A stretch of 64,000 nt of DNA from Eledone cirrhosa (GCA_964016885.1 OZ024758.1:11904001-11968000); one strand, 5' to 3'. Counted from the stretch's first letter, positions 45,112-59,046 are shown. Numbers and translations are program-made. Notes: generated by a model not told the origin, from the sequence alone.

Positions 45112-45196
45112 TAGTTCCACAATAGTTAGTTCACAATTTCCGATCAATTTCCGATCAATTGTTCTCGGTAATGGTGAACTAACTGTTGTGGAACTA
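45112..45196. repeat. Small fold-back element, 23-bp inverted repeats (MITE-like)
   Basis: TAGTTCCACAATAGTTAGTTCAC ... GTGAACTAACTGTTGTGGAACTA; internal 12-bp tandem CAATTTCCGAT. Confidence 0.6.
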
Positions 45197-45287
45197 TTTC
45201 AACCAAACTCGTCCCATCGACTGATTGGTCTACCACTACGGATGTAACTCACCAGTGTTCTACTATTCTATTTATATATATATATAT

Positions 45288-45607
45288 ACGATATAGTAAC
45301 AAATGGAAACTATATTTATAAAACCATATTTATTTCCCGGAGCTTCCAACAGAAATGGTCGCATTCTTTAAGGGTATGTCAATATTTATTTATAAAACTG
45401 CTCTATATTATATTTTATCTGATGAAAGCACACCATAATTTAACTTGGTGTCCTTGAAATATGTAAAATGAAATAAATATGGTTTTATAAATATAGTTTC
45501 CATTTGTAAATATATCGTATTTTTACTCCAATAATTTGTTGAGTGCTTTATACCAGTTATAAAAATATTTGCTTGTTGTATCCCAACAATTTAAATAGAA
45601 CTTCTAC
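45288..45607 (+). mobile_element. Family F two-ended insertion with hammerhead at 45412-45474
   Basis: 45299-45335 is an inverted copy of 45471-45507; ATTTTAT-CTGATGA-AAGCACACCA...TGGTGTCCTT-GAAATATG. Confidence 0.78.
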
Positions 45608-45641
45608 ATATATATATATATATATATATATATGCATATAT

Positions 45642-45840
<199 letters not shown>

Positions 45841-45863
45841 TACCATATACTATATATGGATAT

Positions 45864-45912
<49 letters not shown>

Positions 45913-45935
45913 CAAGGTCTAGCATATATATATAT

Positions 45936-46126
45936 GTTTTAATATAGATGAGATTCTACAGGACTAGAACTGCTTCATTCTTCATCAGATTCCTGATGAT
46001 TTCAAAAGAATGAAACAGTTCTAGTCCTGTAGAATCTCATCTATATTAAAACTTTTATACTTTTATACTCTACTATTTATTGAGTACCTTACTTACTGTG
46101 GTTACCTCCGATTCAACCCGGAATAA

Positions 46127-46128
<2 letters not shown>
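45936..46128 (+). mobile_element. Family G two-ended palindromic insertion; an extra inverted outer end at 46245-46303
   Basis: 45936-45982 is the reverse complement of 46006-46052; ~76-nt extra tail to ...CCGGAATAACT-(TA)n. Confidence 0.82.
45987..46037 (+). ncRNA. Complete type-I hammerhead with 4-bp stem III
   Basis: AGATTC-CTGATGA-TTTC-AAAA-GAAT-GAA-ACAG-TTCTAGTC-CTGT-A-GAATCT; stem I 6 bp, GUA site. Confidence 0.85.
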
Positions 46129-46205
<77 letters not shown>

Positions 46206-46740
46206 TATATATAGTATATATATATATTGTATATATATATATATAAGTTATTCCGGTATTCCGGGCTGAATCGGAGGTAACCACAGTAAGTAAGGTACTC
46301 AATACATAGTATATACTATATATACTCAGTATATATAGTATATATGTATATTTTATATATATATTATATATATATGTATTATATTCTTATTTGTCTATAC
46401 ATGTCAGAAAAGCCAAATCACATAATTCATTTGTCGTTGAAAGTTTCCTGAAAAGGTCATGGCTAACAGATAAAATAAGCCTGTAGGAAATGATAACATC
46501 ATTATCTCAGGAAATTCAGAAATTCATCTTTATTTTATAACTCCATTGCCAATGGCAATAGGTTAGCAAATCAGAAATATGTAACTGCTGACAGGGTTGA
46601 CAGCGACATTTAACATGAATCACATAAGAATATAAGAATATACTTGGGACATTAAAACGTTGTCTTTATGATATAAAATATATTGGAATATGATCGTATA
46701 TATAAATATGATTATATATATATATATGTATATATATGTA

Positions 46741-46798
<58 letters not shown>

Positions 46799-46802
<4 letters not shown>

Positions 46803-46860
46803 AACGAGTAGGACCCCGACGGCTGAGCTGAAGCCGTTTCGACGGCTAATTCTGGACGGC
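46799..46860 (-). mobile_element. Family B inner arm only
   Basis: (TA)n-GGAACGAGTAGGACCCCGACGGCTGAGC...TAATTCTGGAC. Confidence 0.85.
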
Positions 46861-47251
46861 TATATATATAATTCTTGTGAATTCTATATACGTATATATA
46901 TATATATATATATATACGTATATAGAATTCACAAGAATCAAAGCTATGTTCAAAGCATTTATTCACTTACAATTGTTTCATCCAAACCTAGGCTTGGAGT
47001 CTTCGAAGCATTTTTCAATGTTTGTACACATGATTGACCTCCTTTCCAATGCAAGAGACATAAAGATAGATATGTATATATTGATGTACAGTGGAGTGAC
47101 ATATATTATATTATATTTCTGTATAGCAATTCAAATTCAAAATCAATATCACATTAAAATAAAATCAAAGCAAAAATTAAAATACAATCGGCAGTTAACA
47201 TAGATAATGCAAGAGGATAGTTTGTTAGTCAGATGTAGTAGTTATTTTAGT

Positions 47252-47289
<38 letters not shown>

Positions 47290-47291
<2 letters not shown>

Positions 47292-47425
47292 GATAAATCT
47301 ACCAAAATGTACGGTAGCGTCCAATCCGTATGAAGAACTCAATATAATCCAAATATCATGATAAGAGAAGATGCATTCAAAAATGTTCGATAAAAATCAT
47401 AGGAAAACAGAGTCAAGATAAATTA
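47290..47425 (+). repeat. Dispersed repeat abutting (TA)n; inverted copy at ~62010-62150
   Basis: AGATAAATCTACCAAAAT.TACGGTAG.GTCCAATCCGTATGAAGAACTCAAT shared; both copies begin at the same base next to (TA)n. Confidence 0.8.
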
Positions 47426-48546
47426 TATATATATAAATAAATTTATATATATACATGCATTATATATACATATATATATATCTACATATACATTATATAT
47501 ATATATATATATATGTGTGTGTGCGTGTGGGTGGGTGTGTGTGTGTACAGGGAGAGAGATAGAGAGAGAGAGAGACACACACACAGAGACAGAGAGAGAG
47601 AGTGAGAGAGAAAGGATACAACTTTGCCTAAACTTACAAATGAAAGAAATTTTTTCAATCACTGGTTCCACAGATTTTATGTTGAGAATTAATTTTAGTC
47701 TCTTAGACCTTTACCATATCTTGCTCTCTGGTATTTGTATGTTCCAAAAATTGTTATTGCCTGGAATAATAGGGACTTATTTATATAAATGATCACTATT
47801 ATAAGGTCATTGTTGATTTGTTTATTCAGTATAACAATCATATCTTTTGAGCTTGTATCAACGGAATTTGACTAAATGATTTCAGCCAAACTAAATCAGA
47901 TTTTCCTCCTCGCTTTCTATGACTTAAAATAATTATATTAGTTAGTGAAAATATAATGGACGAGTTTTTTCTATTCTATATAAAACAACATATAATGCAT
48001 TTGTGTAATTTCAAACAACGTCTGTTTGATCATATAACTTTCTTTGTGTAAATTTAATCATCGTTATATATATATTTACATAACTAGCTAACTAATGTTG
48101 GTATTTCTAGTGATGCTATACAAACATCTGCTATTTTTAATGTTTGAAAATATAATTTACAATTTTAGTTTATTAGAGAAAATGTTGAAATAAATGCGAT
48201 TACGTTAATGCGATTTTCTAATAAGTAACACGTTGAGAAAACTAACCAACACTCTAAATATTTAAATATATTTACAAAAAATGATAACACTAGCCTTGGT
48301 GTTGTATTTCTCGAATACCACATAACACTCTCTATAAGCAGTTCTTGGTGGTTATATAAGAACTTGTTTTATTTTTACTTTAGTTAATTATAGAATTCTA
48401 ATTATATTTGTTTAATTTGCCGTTTTTAAAACAATCACAAAAAGCAATGCACAGATATCTGCAGATCTCCAATAATCTTGAAGCAAATAGAAAATATAAA
48501 CTAATTTTCTTGTGGTAAATATGAAAACTATTTGATATCTATCTAT

Positions 48547-48736
48547 CTAGAGCGGGTAAAATTCCCGAGATCCATGGACGAGATCTCTCCAGCTGTCTCT
48601 GTCCCTCATTATCTCTGCCATGTCCTGCGTCTCCAAGAAACCAGTGTGTCCAGGCAGGGGCTCCCACAAGAGCACTGAGTGCAGTGTCAACTCTGGATGT
48701 CGGTGAGCATGTCCAGCTAACCACAACCTCCTCTGT
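48547..48736 (-). pseudogene. RTE-clade LINE ORF C-terminus (family R1), internal deletion
   Basis: RRLWLAGHAHRHPE..VLLWEP...MRDRDSWRDLV; near-identical peptide at 59086-59274. Confidence 0.85.
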
Positions 48737-48847
48737 ATATGACTAATTATAATAGATGTGAAGTTAAAGCTCGATGTGAGAGGAGAGACCAGCAATAAGA
48801 CTGAATCAGAAGTCGTTTACTGTAGACAAAAGATGTATTAGATATCA

Positions 48848-49030
48848 TATGTGATATCACTGGTGGTAAGTTGTATCAGCCATTTCATTTCCCTTTGATA
48901 AAGTCAGTGGCTTGGAAAGGGGAGACTGGTATGCATCGGTGACCGTTCGTCTTCCACAAAGACACCTTACCCTGGCTTGTGGTCGCGGAGGGAAACTTCA
49001 TTGGTGCCATACCAGGGGGGTGGGGGTGGG
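48848..49030 (+). mobile_element. SINE family S2, 3' part
   Basis: TCACTGGTGGTAAGTTGTATCAGCCATT overlaps the end of the 55775-55920 fragment. Confidence 0.55.
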
Positions 49031-49157
49031 GGTTGGCTGCGAGGACATATCATAACAATAAATGGAGGGGTGGGAGGCCACAGTCATGTGATTATGTTTT
49101 GTCAGACATGCAAGTGTTTTAAGAGTTGTCTGGGATGTTCCATTATGTAGTGAGAAT

Positions 49158-49430
49158 GGATGATGAAGATGATGATGATGATGAAGATAATAATAATGGA
49201 GATTATGATGATGATGATGATGATGAAGATGATGATGATAATAATAATGATGATGATGCAGATGATAATAATGCTCATGATGATGATGATAATAATGGTG
49301 ATGATGATAATGGAGATGATGATGATGATGATGATAATGGTGATGACAATGGTGATAATGATGATGATGATGATGATAATGGTGATAATGATGATGATGG
49401 TTACAGTGATGGATATTATAATGGAAATTA
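49158..49430. repeat. (GAT/AAT)n microsatellite
   Basis: Direct reading; gives spurious poly-D and poly-M ORFs. Confidence 0.95.
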
Positions 49431-49792
49431 ATGCAGACTCTAATATATCAGTTATATAATTTTTTTTTTTTTTTTTAAATAAATATATAAATTATAAAAA
49501 TTAAAACCAAAATTAAAATAAACATTCTAATTAAAAATTTTAATAATAAAGACAATTTACATTTTCACGGCAATTCATATAATCTGATGTTTTAATTAAA
49601 TTGATTAAAAGTATTCTAATATAGACTTGAATGTGTGTAAATATGTAAAGTTTCTGTGTGATTTATCCTATGAGAGTCTATTCCCTATACAATGTTAAGT
49701 TAGAGTTGTCTTCTCTTGATGTTGCGTTGTGTGTCCAACGTTATTTACATCAGTATATTTCACAGCAAGACTTCTGAACTGAGGTTCATTAT

Positions 49793-49914
49793 TTGGCAGT
49801 ATCGGTAGAGAGTCGGACGCCATGCTTTCTAGCATAGTTACGTCCCTTTACGGTCTGAGTTCAAATCCCTTCGAGGTTAACTTTGCCTTTCATCCTTACG
49901 GGGTCGATAAAATA
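49793..49914 (+). mobile_element. SINE S1, 3'-truncated at a (GGT)n tract
   Basis: A/B boxes and body present. Confidence 0.85.
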
Positions 49915-50494
49915 TGGTGGTGGTGATGATGGTGGTGAAGGTGGTGGTGGTGGTGGTGGCGGTAGTGGTGGTGGTGATGATGGTGATGTTGGTGGTGGTG
50001 GTAGATTTTACATCTCCCTCCTCTCTCTCACTCTAAAAAATACGTAATATGCCACAATAACTTTAGCTGTGTCTATGAGACGTAGATACTGGATACGATG
50101 AGAAAACATATCCCATAACTATATAGAATGTTATTTATATAGAGCTATGGACATGTTAAAAAAAAAACAGTGGTGCATAAGAGTGACTTTTCAAATGAAT
50201 CATACAATATAGATAATGGATATAAGAAACCAGATAATATAGATATTATTGTAGATACATACTTTGATTGAACTTAAACTTTCATGGATACAAGTAAATG
50301 TTTTTATGTTGTTAGCATGGGCCATTATCATCTGATCTAACTCCCATGCCATGTTGGTTTTCCTTAATGTTAAGAGAGAGACTTATCTAAATAATGCAAG
50401 TTTGGTTTTGTTTAATTTATAATGAAATGAAATATGCTCTCATCAGATTTGATTTCCCAATTTGATATTAATCACTCTTTCCCTCTTTTTCTCT

Positions 50495-50525
<31 letters not shown>

Positions 50526-50529
<4 letters not shown>

Positions 50530-50735
50530 AACGAGTAGGACCCCAACGGCTGAGCTCAAGCTGTTTTGACGGCTAATTCTGGACTGAAACTGGATTTTAG
50601 TCAAGAATTAGCTGTCGAAACGGCTTGAGCTCAGCCGTCGGGGTCCTACTCGTTCCTATTACCCACTCTACTACCCTAAGTATTGAGTACTTTGGTGCGT
50701 TATGGTCCATCTGGTTCCTTACCGCATTTACTTCG

Positions 50736-50737
<2 letters not shown>
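50526..50737. mobile_element. Family B two-ended palindromic insertion
   Basis: Inner end TAGGAACG at left, outer end CTTCGTT at right; loop ~50586-50598. Confidence 0.9.
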
Positions 50738-50789
<52 letters not shown>

Positions 50790-51189
50790 GTGTGTGTATA
50801 CATGTTTCAATATATACATATGTATATATATATACACGTATACATGTTATTTCATGGATAAAGGAGTATTCTAGCTGCTTTCAATAAGCTACCGTAATTT
50901 CAAAAGTCAAATATTCTCAGTGTTCTACAAGCTGATAGTTTATTTATTTATTTATCCGTTTATTTTGAATTCCCTAGCTAACAAACAATAACTCAAAGTT
51001 ATTGGAATTTTTATCAATCTTGCTACTGTCTAACAATAGTACAGCTGTCCAGCATACTGTAGAGGCAAGGGGTATTAGCACAGCTAATCCTGTTGATTTA
51101 CCTTCTATAAATGTATATATGCCTGATGTGTTTGGCTATTTTAAAACTATACCTTCGTTGTAACAGGATGTCCATCTATTTCGAATATA

Positions 51190-51249
<60 letters not shown>

Positions 51250-51255
<6 letters not shown>

Positions 51256-51307
51256 TTTTGCAAAATCTAAGACACCTATATATATAAATATATATATATA
51301 TATATAC

Positions 51308-51339
<32 letters not shown>

Positions 51340-51365
51340 GTTTATCTTTTGCAAAGTCTAAGACA

Positions 51366-51412
<47 letters not shown>

Positions 51413-51440
51413 GTTTAGATATTGCAAAGTCTCTGAGTCA

Positions 51441-51443
<3 letters not shown>
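51250..51443. repeat. Three ~27-bp units separated by (TA)n spacers
   Basis: TTTACCTTTTGCAAAATCTAAGACACC / TTTATCTTTTGCAAAGTCTAAGACACC / TTTAGATATTGCAAAGTCTCTGAGTCACC. Confidence 0.85.
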
Positions 51444-51499
<56 letters not shown>

Positions 51500-52063
51500 T
51501 AACTTTGATATATTTGAATAAAGCCGAAGATGAATCATCAACGTGCACAGAACAGAATATATTATTTCTGATAACTTGTGAGTGTAAGAAAAACTGTTGT
51601 TTTTTTTTATCAAAAGAGTAAACTCTTGTTGTTAGGTATATGTCACATAGAAACAATTAGATGTTTTCAAAGTCTGACTGTGAAACAAATGAAATATAGG
51701 TTAACCGAAACTAATATGTGAAGCAGAACTAGGAAATTTGTGCAACCAAATTTGTGCAACCAAATTTGTGCAACAAAACAAATATTTTCATGCATGAAGG
51801 AAAGAGACAAATTTTACCAACTTTAACATAATTGAATATGACAAAATTCAGTGAATATATATTTCAAATACTCATTCTTGGTATGTTAAAGTAACAGTTT
51901 ACCAAAATAAAAGAATTGATAAATATAACTGAAATATACAGAGTGAATGTTCTGGAACAAGGAGGGATGTTTGGTAATAAACAGAGAGAATTAGGTGAGT
52001 TTGACAGCGATTGTATGTTAGACATTATATATATGCCTGTATACATGTATGTGTGCATGCATG

Positions 52064-52112
<49 letters not shown>

Positions 52113-52136
52113 GCACACATACACACGCACACAGAG

Positions 52137-52226
<90 letters not shown>

Positions 52227-52565
52227 ATGTGTGTATATATATATATTGTGAAATGTGACAGCAAATATCTAGATTGAATTAATTAAGCTTTGAACTCAAA
52301 ATAAATTTGGAGAAAATTGAATAATGTAGTGAATTATTGTAGTTATCTTTGGTTTCTAGGAATGCAATATTTTAAAGGAATGATGTCATTGCATCTGACT
52401 AGAGGTTCCATATGGTATGATATATACATTCTGATACATCTAAAATTGTGACTTGAAAAGAAAAAAATTCACTAACATTTAAGTATTCGATAAAATATAT
52501 TATTCAATACAATAAATCTATTTAGAAATTGTTATTTGCTGTTTTGAAATTGGCTTTTATTAAAC

Positions 52566-52658
52566 CATTTTGCCGTTCATCCTTACGGGTCGATAAAATA
52601 AAGTACCAGTAATGAACTGGGTAATTTGCTGGCCTTGTGCCTAAAGTAGAAACAATTA
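52566..52658 (+). mobile_element. SINE S1 3' half
   Basis: TTCATCCTTACGGGTCGATAAAATAAAGTACCAG...GTAGAAACAATTA. Confidence 0.85.
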
Positions 52659-53450
52659 TGTGTTTTATGTTTAATAGATCAATATCTAAGTTAGGATTCT
52701 GGTTCAGTCACATTGGTGCCAAGGTTTCTTTCTCTTATAAAATTTGCCATGAAAGCAGAATGAGAAAATATAATCTGAGATGTGATTGTTCGTTGTGTAA
52801 TTATGAGAAAGCTAATACTTTTTGATAGAATAAATTATGCCCAGATTAGTGTTTCGATATCGTTTGGCAATGAGAGGATGATCCTACGATAATAAAAGAA
52901 GCTAAATTTTAACGATAAGGAAATACTATTAATTTCACTTTATTACTAGAAATGAAATGTTTTTTTTTCACATAAAAATGCACTGAAAAAAGCCAGCAAG
53001 CGGCTATAATTTCTAATTTCTTGCATGATGCACACGTGAACAATTTAAAAATTTGTTATCGTGTTATTATATTTGTTTATGTTCTCTTCAGGATTATGAA
53101 TTTTCTCTTTAATAATTAAAACATTTCTATCCCCGCAATGGTAAATAAAGATTGTTGCGATGTTCAGTGTTTGTTTCACTGTTAAAGATGTCAGCTAAAC
53201 ATCCTTCTTATTCGGAAGCTACACTATAGCATGTATCATTAAAAGCCAAGTTGAATTGTTTCTCGTACGAGTAGGATTATTATTGAAATAGAGGCTCTAT
53301 AACTTCAGTACGATTGAAACTTAAGCAGAATAAACCAAAAATATTTTACCTCAAGGGATATTAATACATTTTCTTCTAATACAATGATTTTTAGATGTTT
53401 CATGATTCACTCTGACGATCTCTTCTCCATTATATATATATACACACACA

Positions 53451-53501
<51 letters not shown>

Positions 53502-53625
53502 GGAGGTGAGTTTTATTGTAGTACAATAAAGCAATGCAGATATCGGATAAGAAGCACTCTACAGTTTGTAGGACTGGAGTATACATAATATATAAGATCA
53601 AAAGATGGTTAAATGAGTTCCATGT

Positions 53626-53694
53626 ATTTTATTATGCGCATTTCAAAAACAAATATCATCATGAAATAACATTTGTGTTTTCATCAGATAAAAT
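53626..53694 (-). ncRNA. Hammerhead with extended stem II (family F-like stem I)
   Basis: ATTTTAT-CTGATGA-AAACACAAATGTTAT..ATGATATTTGTTTTT-GAA-ATGCGCAT-A-ATAAAAT. Confidence 0.82.
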
Positions 53695-53706
53695 AGGAGG
53701 ACATGA

Positions 53707-53748
53707 TATGAAGGTTAAAAAACACTTGTGGATAGTGCAGTTTTAAAT

Positions 53749-53784
<36 letters not shown>

Positions 53785-53827
53785 ATTTAAAACTGCACTA
53801 TCCACAAGTGTTTTTTAACCTTCATAT
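53707..53827. repeat. Perfect ~47-bp inverted repeat around a (TA)n loop
   Basis: ATGAAGGTTAAAAAACAC...AAATCAAC (TA)n GTTGATTT...AACCTTCAT. Confidence 0.9.
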
Positions 53828-53836
53828 ATATATATA

Positions 53837-53943
<107 letters not shown>

Positions 53944-54003
53944 TTATATATATATATACATGTATATATACATACATACATTTTATATATATATATATAA
54001 TAA

Positions 54004-54078
<75 letters not shown>

Positions 54079-54357
54079 AATTTATATATATATATAATAA
54101 ATTTATATATATATATAATAAATTTATATATATATATAATAAATGTATATATATATATATTTATATATATATATTTATATATATGTATAAATATATATAT
54201 AAATATAAGGATTAAAATACTGGACCGTGTTGGAGTTAAACACCCTCTTCGTATTATAGAAATGACAGTAAAAGGTATAGCTCAATGAAATTAAACAGAG
54301 CCGAAGAATTATGAAAGTAAAACAAAGAAGCCTTCAATACATCAAAAGTCTTTATTA

Positions 54358-54395
54358 GCCAACAATGTTTCGTCCTATTAAGGACTCATCAGGGC
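54358..54395 (-). ncRNA. Canonical minimal hammerhead; tail runs to (TA)n at ~54205
   Basis: GCC-CTGATGA-GTCC-TTAATA-GGAC-GAA-ACATTGT-T-GGC. Confidence 0.85.
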
Positions 54396-54476
54396 AATTA
54401 AAACAACAAGAAGTATTATCGGCCAATACAAGCCGAAAACTCCGAAGAATATGGAGTGTACATACAGTAAAGTATT

Positions 54477-54641
54477 GCAATTACCCAGTGCATTACTGGT
54501 ACTTTATTTTATCGACCCCGTAAGGATGAAAGGCAAAGATAACCTCAGCGGGATTTGAACTCAGAATGGCAAGGGCCGTAACTCTATACGTCAAAGCATG
54601 GCGCCCGACCCTGGCGTACCGATACTGCCAATCCACTGCCC
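54477..54641 (-). mobile_element. SINE S1
   Basis: Reverse complement of the consensus with A/B boxes. Confidence 0.9.
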
Positions 54642-55218
54642 TTTGACAACATAATATTTATCAATAATTAACAAAATCCAACATCCGTGCTGTGATACAT
54701 CTATATTTAGAATTCTAAGGGGAGGTATGTGGGAATTTCTCGTCTCATTAGGAAGTATAAGATTCAGAAATATCCACTGATTTTAAACAGAATACCGTTA
54801 CATCATCGTCTTTAAAGTAGTAACATTCACCTTGTATAATGTTGCGTAGTTACATTACCATTTTTTGAGCCATTGAAATATGCACAATCTTATAGTGCAC
54901 CTGAGCACTATACACACTAATTTTATTATTATTATTAACTATTTAATATAAGAATAGTGCTAATAAAATGAATGAGTTTATCCGCATTAAACTGATATTA
55001 CTCAAGGCAAACATTTTAAGAAAATCATAATCAATTCATGACGATTTTTCAAGTTAAGCAATTACAAATAAGGAGAATTTTATAGAAAAACGTTTTTAAA
55101 TTTCATTTATAATATGGAAAAGTATTTCCTTTGCAAAACAAAGCAGTACATTGTATGAACAACAATTATTCCTAAGTACAGTTAACGCTCTTCACACAAA
55201 CGGTTAAACCTAACTTCG

Positions 55219-55298
<80 letters not shown>

Positions 55299-55324
55299 GT
55301 ATATATACATATATATGTATGTAT

Positions 55325-55393
<69 letters not shown>

Positions 55394-55457
55394 CATACAT
55401 ACATGCATACATACATATATATGTATATATATATATATATGTATATATATATACATA

Positions 55458-55529
<72 letters not shown>

Positions 55530-55559
55530 CATACATACATGTATACATACATATATATG

Positions 55560-55622
<63 letters not shown>

Positions 55623-55648
55623 ATACATACATATATATGTATATATAC

Positions 55649-55687
<39 letters not shown>

Positions 55688-55707
55688 CATACATGCATAC
55701 ATACATA

Positions 55708-55766
<59 letters not shown>

Positions 55767-55774
55767 ATACACGC

Positions 55775-55920
55775 AGGTTCGTGGGGCTGTGAGTTCAATT
55801 CTCGGGCTTTGCGTTGTGTTCTTGAGCAAGACATTTTATTTCATGTTGTTCCAGTTCACTCACCTGTAGAAATGAGTTGCGACGTCACTGGTTCTAAGCT
55901 GTATCGGTCATTGCCTCCAC
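55775..55920 (+). mobile_element. SINE family S2, 5' part (CORE-like segment)
   Basis: B-box-like GAGTTCAATTC followed by TTGTGTTCTTGAGCAAGACA, which resembles the CORE-SINE central domain. Confidence 0.6.
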
Positions 55921-56586
55921 CTTATATATATATATATATTTGATATGTGTGTGTATGTATATATGCGTGACTTTGTAACAGTAAATGTATATGTCTGTGT
56001 CTGTTTTATTTCAGCAAGTCGTACTTACAGATATTGCCATATACCTGTTATCGTTTTACCTACATGTTTCCTTTAATCATAGAACTACATCATATTTTCA
56101 AGCTGAACGAAAACGATAATAACCCCATCTCTCCTGTGATGCCTGAATATTTCATATTTATTGATATTTCTACTTTTACAGAGTTGTATAAAAAGAGCCA
56201 CTATCTACGTTAGAATCGTCTTTTACAGCCATGTTCCAGTAATACACAGAGAAGATAGTGTACAGAAACTCAATGAAAATATTGAAAACTCTTATATAAG
56301 GTGTTTTCTTTTTTTCCACGTTTATAGAAATGCATTTATGCTGACACAGAAGAACGTGATATATACCAAGATTTTACAGTTACATAATATCTACGAGATA
56401 TATATGGAAGCCTACATTTCTTTCATTAGTTTTGTCAGATCATTTTTTATTACTATAGTACAAGATTCTTCACCATTTACACAACAGTGTATCGTTTTTT
56501 TTCTATTACTCTAACTTGATGGAAGAAAATTATTAACATTACCAGCACTAAAATATGAAGATAGCTCTTTACAAGTTGACGTAATG

Positions 56587-57137
56587 GTTTCTGATTTAAG
56601 CACAAGACCAACAATTTTGGGTGCGGGGAAAGTCGATTATTCAAATCCATTGCATTACTGGTACTTTAATTTATCGACCATGTAAGGATGGAAGACAAAG
56701 CTAAACTTGGAGGGGTTTGAAATTATATGATTACTGATTTAGACACTAGGCCAACAATTCTGGAGCGAGGGGAAAGTCGATTAAATTGATACCAATACAT
56801 TACTGGTACTTTGTTATCGACCATCTGAGGATGAAAGGCAGAACTATCCTCAGTCGGATTTGAAGAAGAACATTAAGAAGATTGTTCACTGATCAGGAAA
56901 ATTATTTATATTCAAACTCTTTCTATAAGATTCTTAATTTATATTGAGTGATTGATAAAGATATATCATTTAATTAATTGTTTCTACTTTTGGCACAAGG
57001 CCAGCAATTATCCAGTGTATTACTGGTACTTTATTTTATCGATCCCGTAAGGATGAAAGGCAAAGTTAACCTCGGTGGGATTTGAACTCTATACTTCAAA
57101 GCATGGAGTCCGACCCTCTACCGATACTGCCAATCCA
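56587..57137 (-). mobile_element. Cluster of three SINE S1 copies (56587-56720, 56730-56865, 56976-57137)
   Basis: CATTACTGGTACTTT..ATCGA....AGGATG is repeated three times. Confidence 0.85.
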
Positions 57138-57373
57138 TTTAATTCATATCTTACCATTTTCTATTCAAGATATTATTTCTGTTTCTTGGATTCAAGTTAT
57201 TATCTAATTAAGAATGTTGAATATGTGACTTCATACATACGTTTTTAGATTTCTGTATTATAAAATCAAGAACTGAACGCAATTATACTAGGATTTCTTA
57301 TTTCTTTTATTTTCTATACTTTCACTTCCCTTAGTTATTATAGACAATCATCAAAACTTCGTTAGGCAACTGA

Positions 57374-57591
<218 letters not shown>

Positions 57592-57679
57592 AGGCTTTCC
57601 AAGCCTTGTTTATTCATTATTAATTCGCTCTTCATTAACAATTGACCTGGTCAGCAGGTATTACATTCAACGTTGTATT

Positions 57680-57741
<62 letters not shown>

Positions 57742-57747
57742 GCACAC

Positions 57748-57830
<83 letters not shown>

Positions 57831-58147
57831 TTAGTAGACATAATTAGCAGAAATATACGAAAGTGAGAAACAAATTACAATTCTGCCAGGGAATACAAGA
57901 AAATATTTACCTATAATTATCTAGTAATTATCTCAAGTATGTTTGTTTGTCGATAGATCAATAACTGACATATCAATATTTGCCTATCATAGTCACCTCT
58001 ACCTTCTCTATTTCATTCTCTTTTCCCTTCTATTATCTCACTATAATTTTACTTCTTTTTCTTTTATCTTTTTTATCCTGTTTAGTTTTTCTTCTTTCTT
58101 CCTTTCCACAAATTCTCATATTTTAGTGATTCATTTTCACATATAAG

Positions 58148-58532
58148 TTCTTCTTTTTCTTCTTCTTCTTCTTCTTCCCCTTCTTCTTCTTCTTTTTCTT
58201 CTTCTTCTTCTTCTTCTTCTTCTTCTTCTTCTTCTTCTCCTTCTTCTCCTTCTTCTCCTTCTTCTTATTCTTCTTCTTCTTCTTCTTCTTCTTCTTCTTC
58301 TTCTTCTTCTTCTTCTTCTTCTTCTTCTTCTTCTTCTTCTTCTTCTTCTTCTCATCACCACCATCATTCTCATCCTCATCATCATAACCATCACCACCAC
58401 CACCACCACCACCACTACCGCCGCCGCCGTCATCATCGTTCATCATCACCATCATCCCCATCACCATCATCAGCAATATCATCACCATCATCATCATCAT
58501 CATCGTTGTCATCATCATCATCTTCATCATCA
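58148..58532. repeat. (TTC)n + (CAT/CAC)n microsatellite
   Basis: Direct reading. Confidence 0.95.
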
Positions 58533-58572
58533 GCGTAGCAGTTGTTATTTCTATCTACTCAGCATATAATTG

Positions 58573-59046
58573 AAGCATAGAGTTACGTCCCTTTATGATC
58601 TGAGTTCAAATCCCGCCGAGGTTAACTTTGCCTTTCATCCTTACGGGGTCGATAAAATAAAGTACCAGCAATGCACTGGGATAATTGCTGGCCTTGTGCC
58701 TAAAATTAGAAACAATTATATATCCAACATATATCTTGCTGTGCCAAGTCAGATAAATACCTTTTATACGCTACATCTTCAACAAACCATACAAACTTGA
58801 AGCCAGTGTCCCTTAGTCTTACAACTAGAAAGATAACACATTTGAACCAATTAGTTAAATACCTGTTTCTACTTTAGGCACAAGGCCAGCAATTACCTAG
58901 TGCATTACTGGTACTTTATTTTATCGACCCCGTAAGGATGAAATCCAAAGTCAACCTCGGCGGGATTTGAACTCAGATCGTAAAGGGACGTAACTATGCT
59001 TGAAAGCATGGCGTCCGACCCTCTACCGATACTGCCAATCCACTAC
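58573..59046. mobile_element. Tail-to-tail SINE S1 pair (58573-58718 +, 58864-59046 -)
   Basis: Both match the consensus closely; ~145-bp spacer. Confidence 0.9.

Noticed and set aside
51250-51443. CRISPR-like repeat-spacer array
   Set aside because: Spacers are (TA)n, the context is eukaryotic and there are no cas genes
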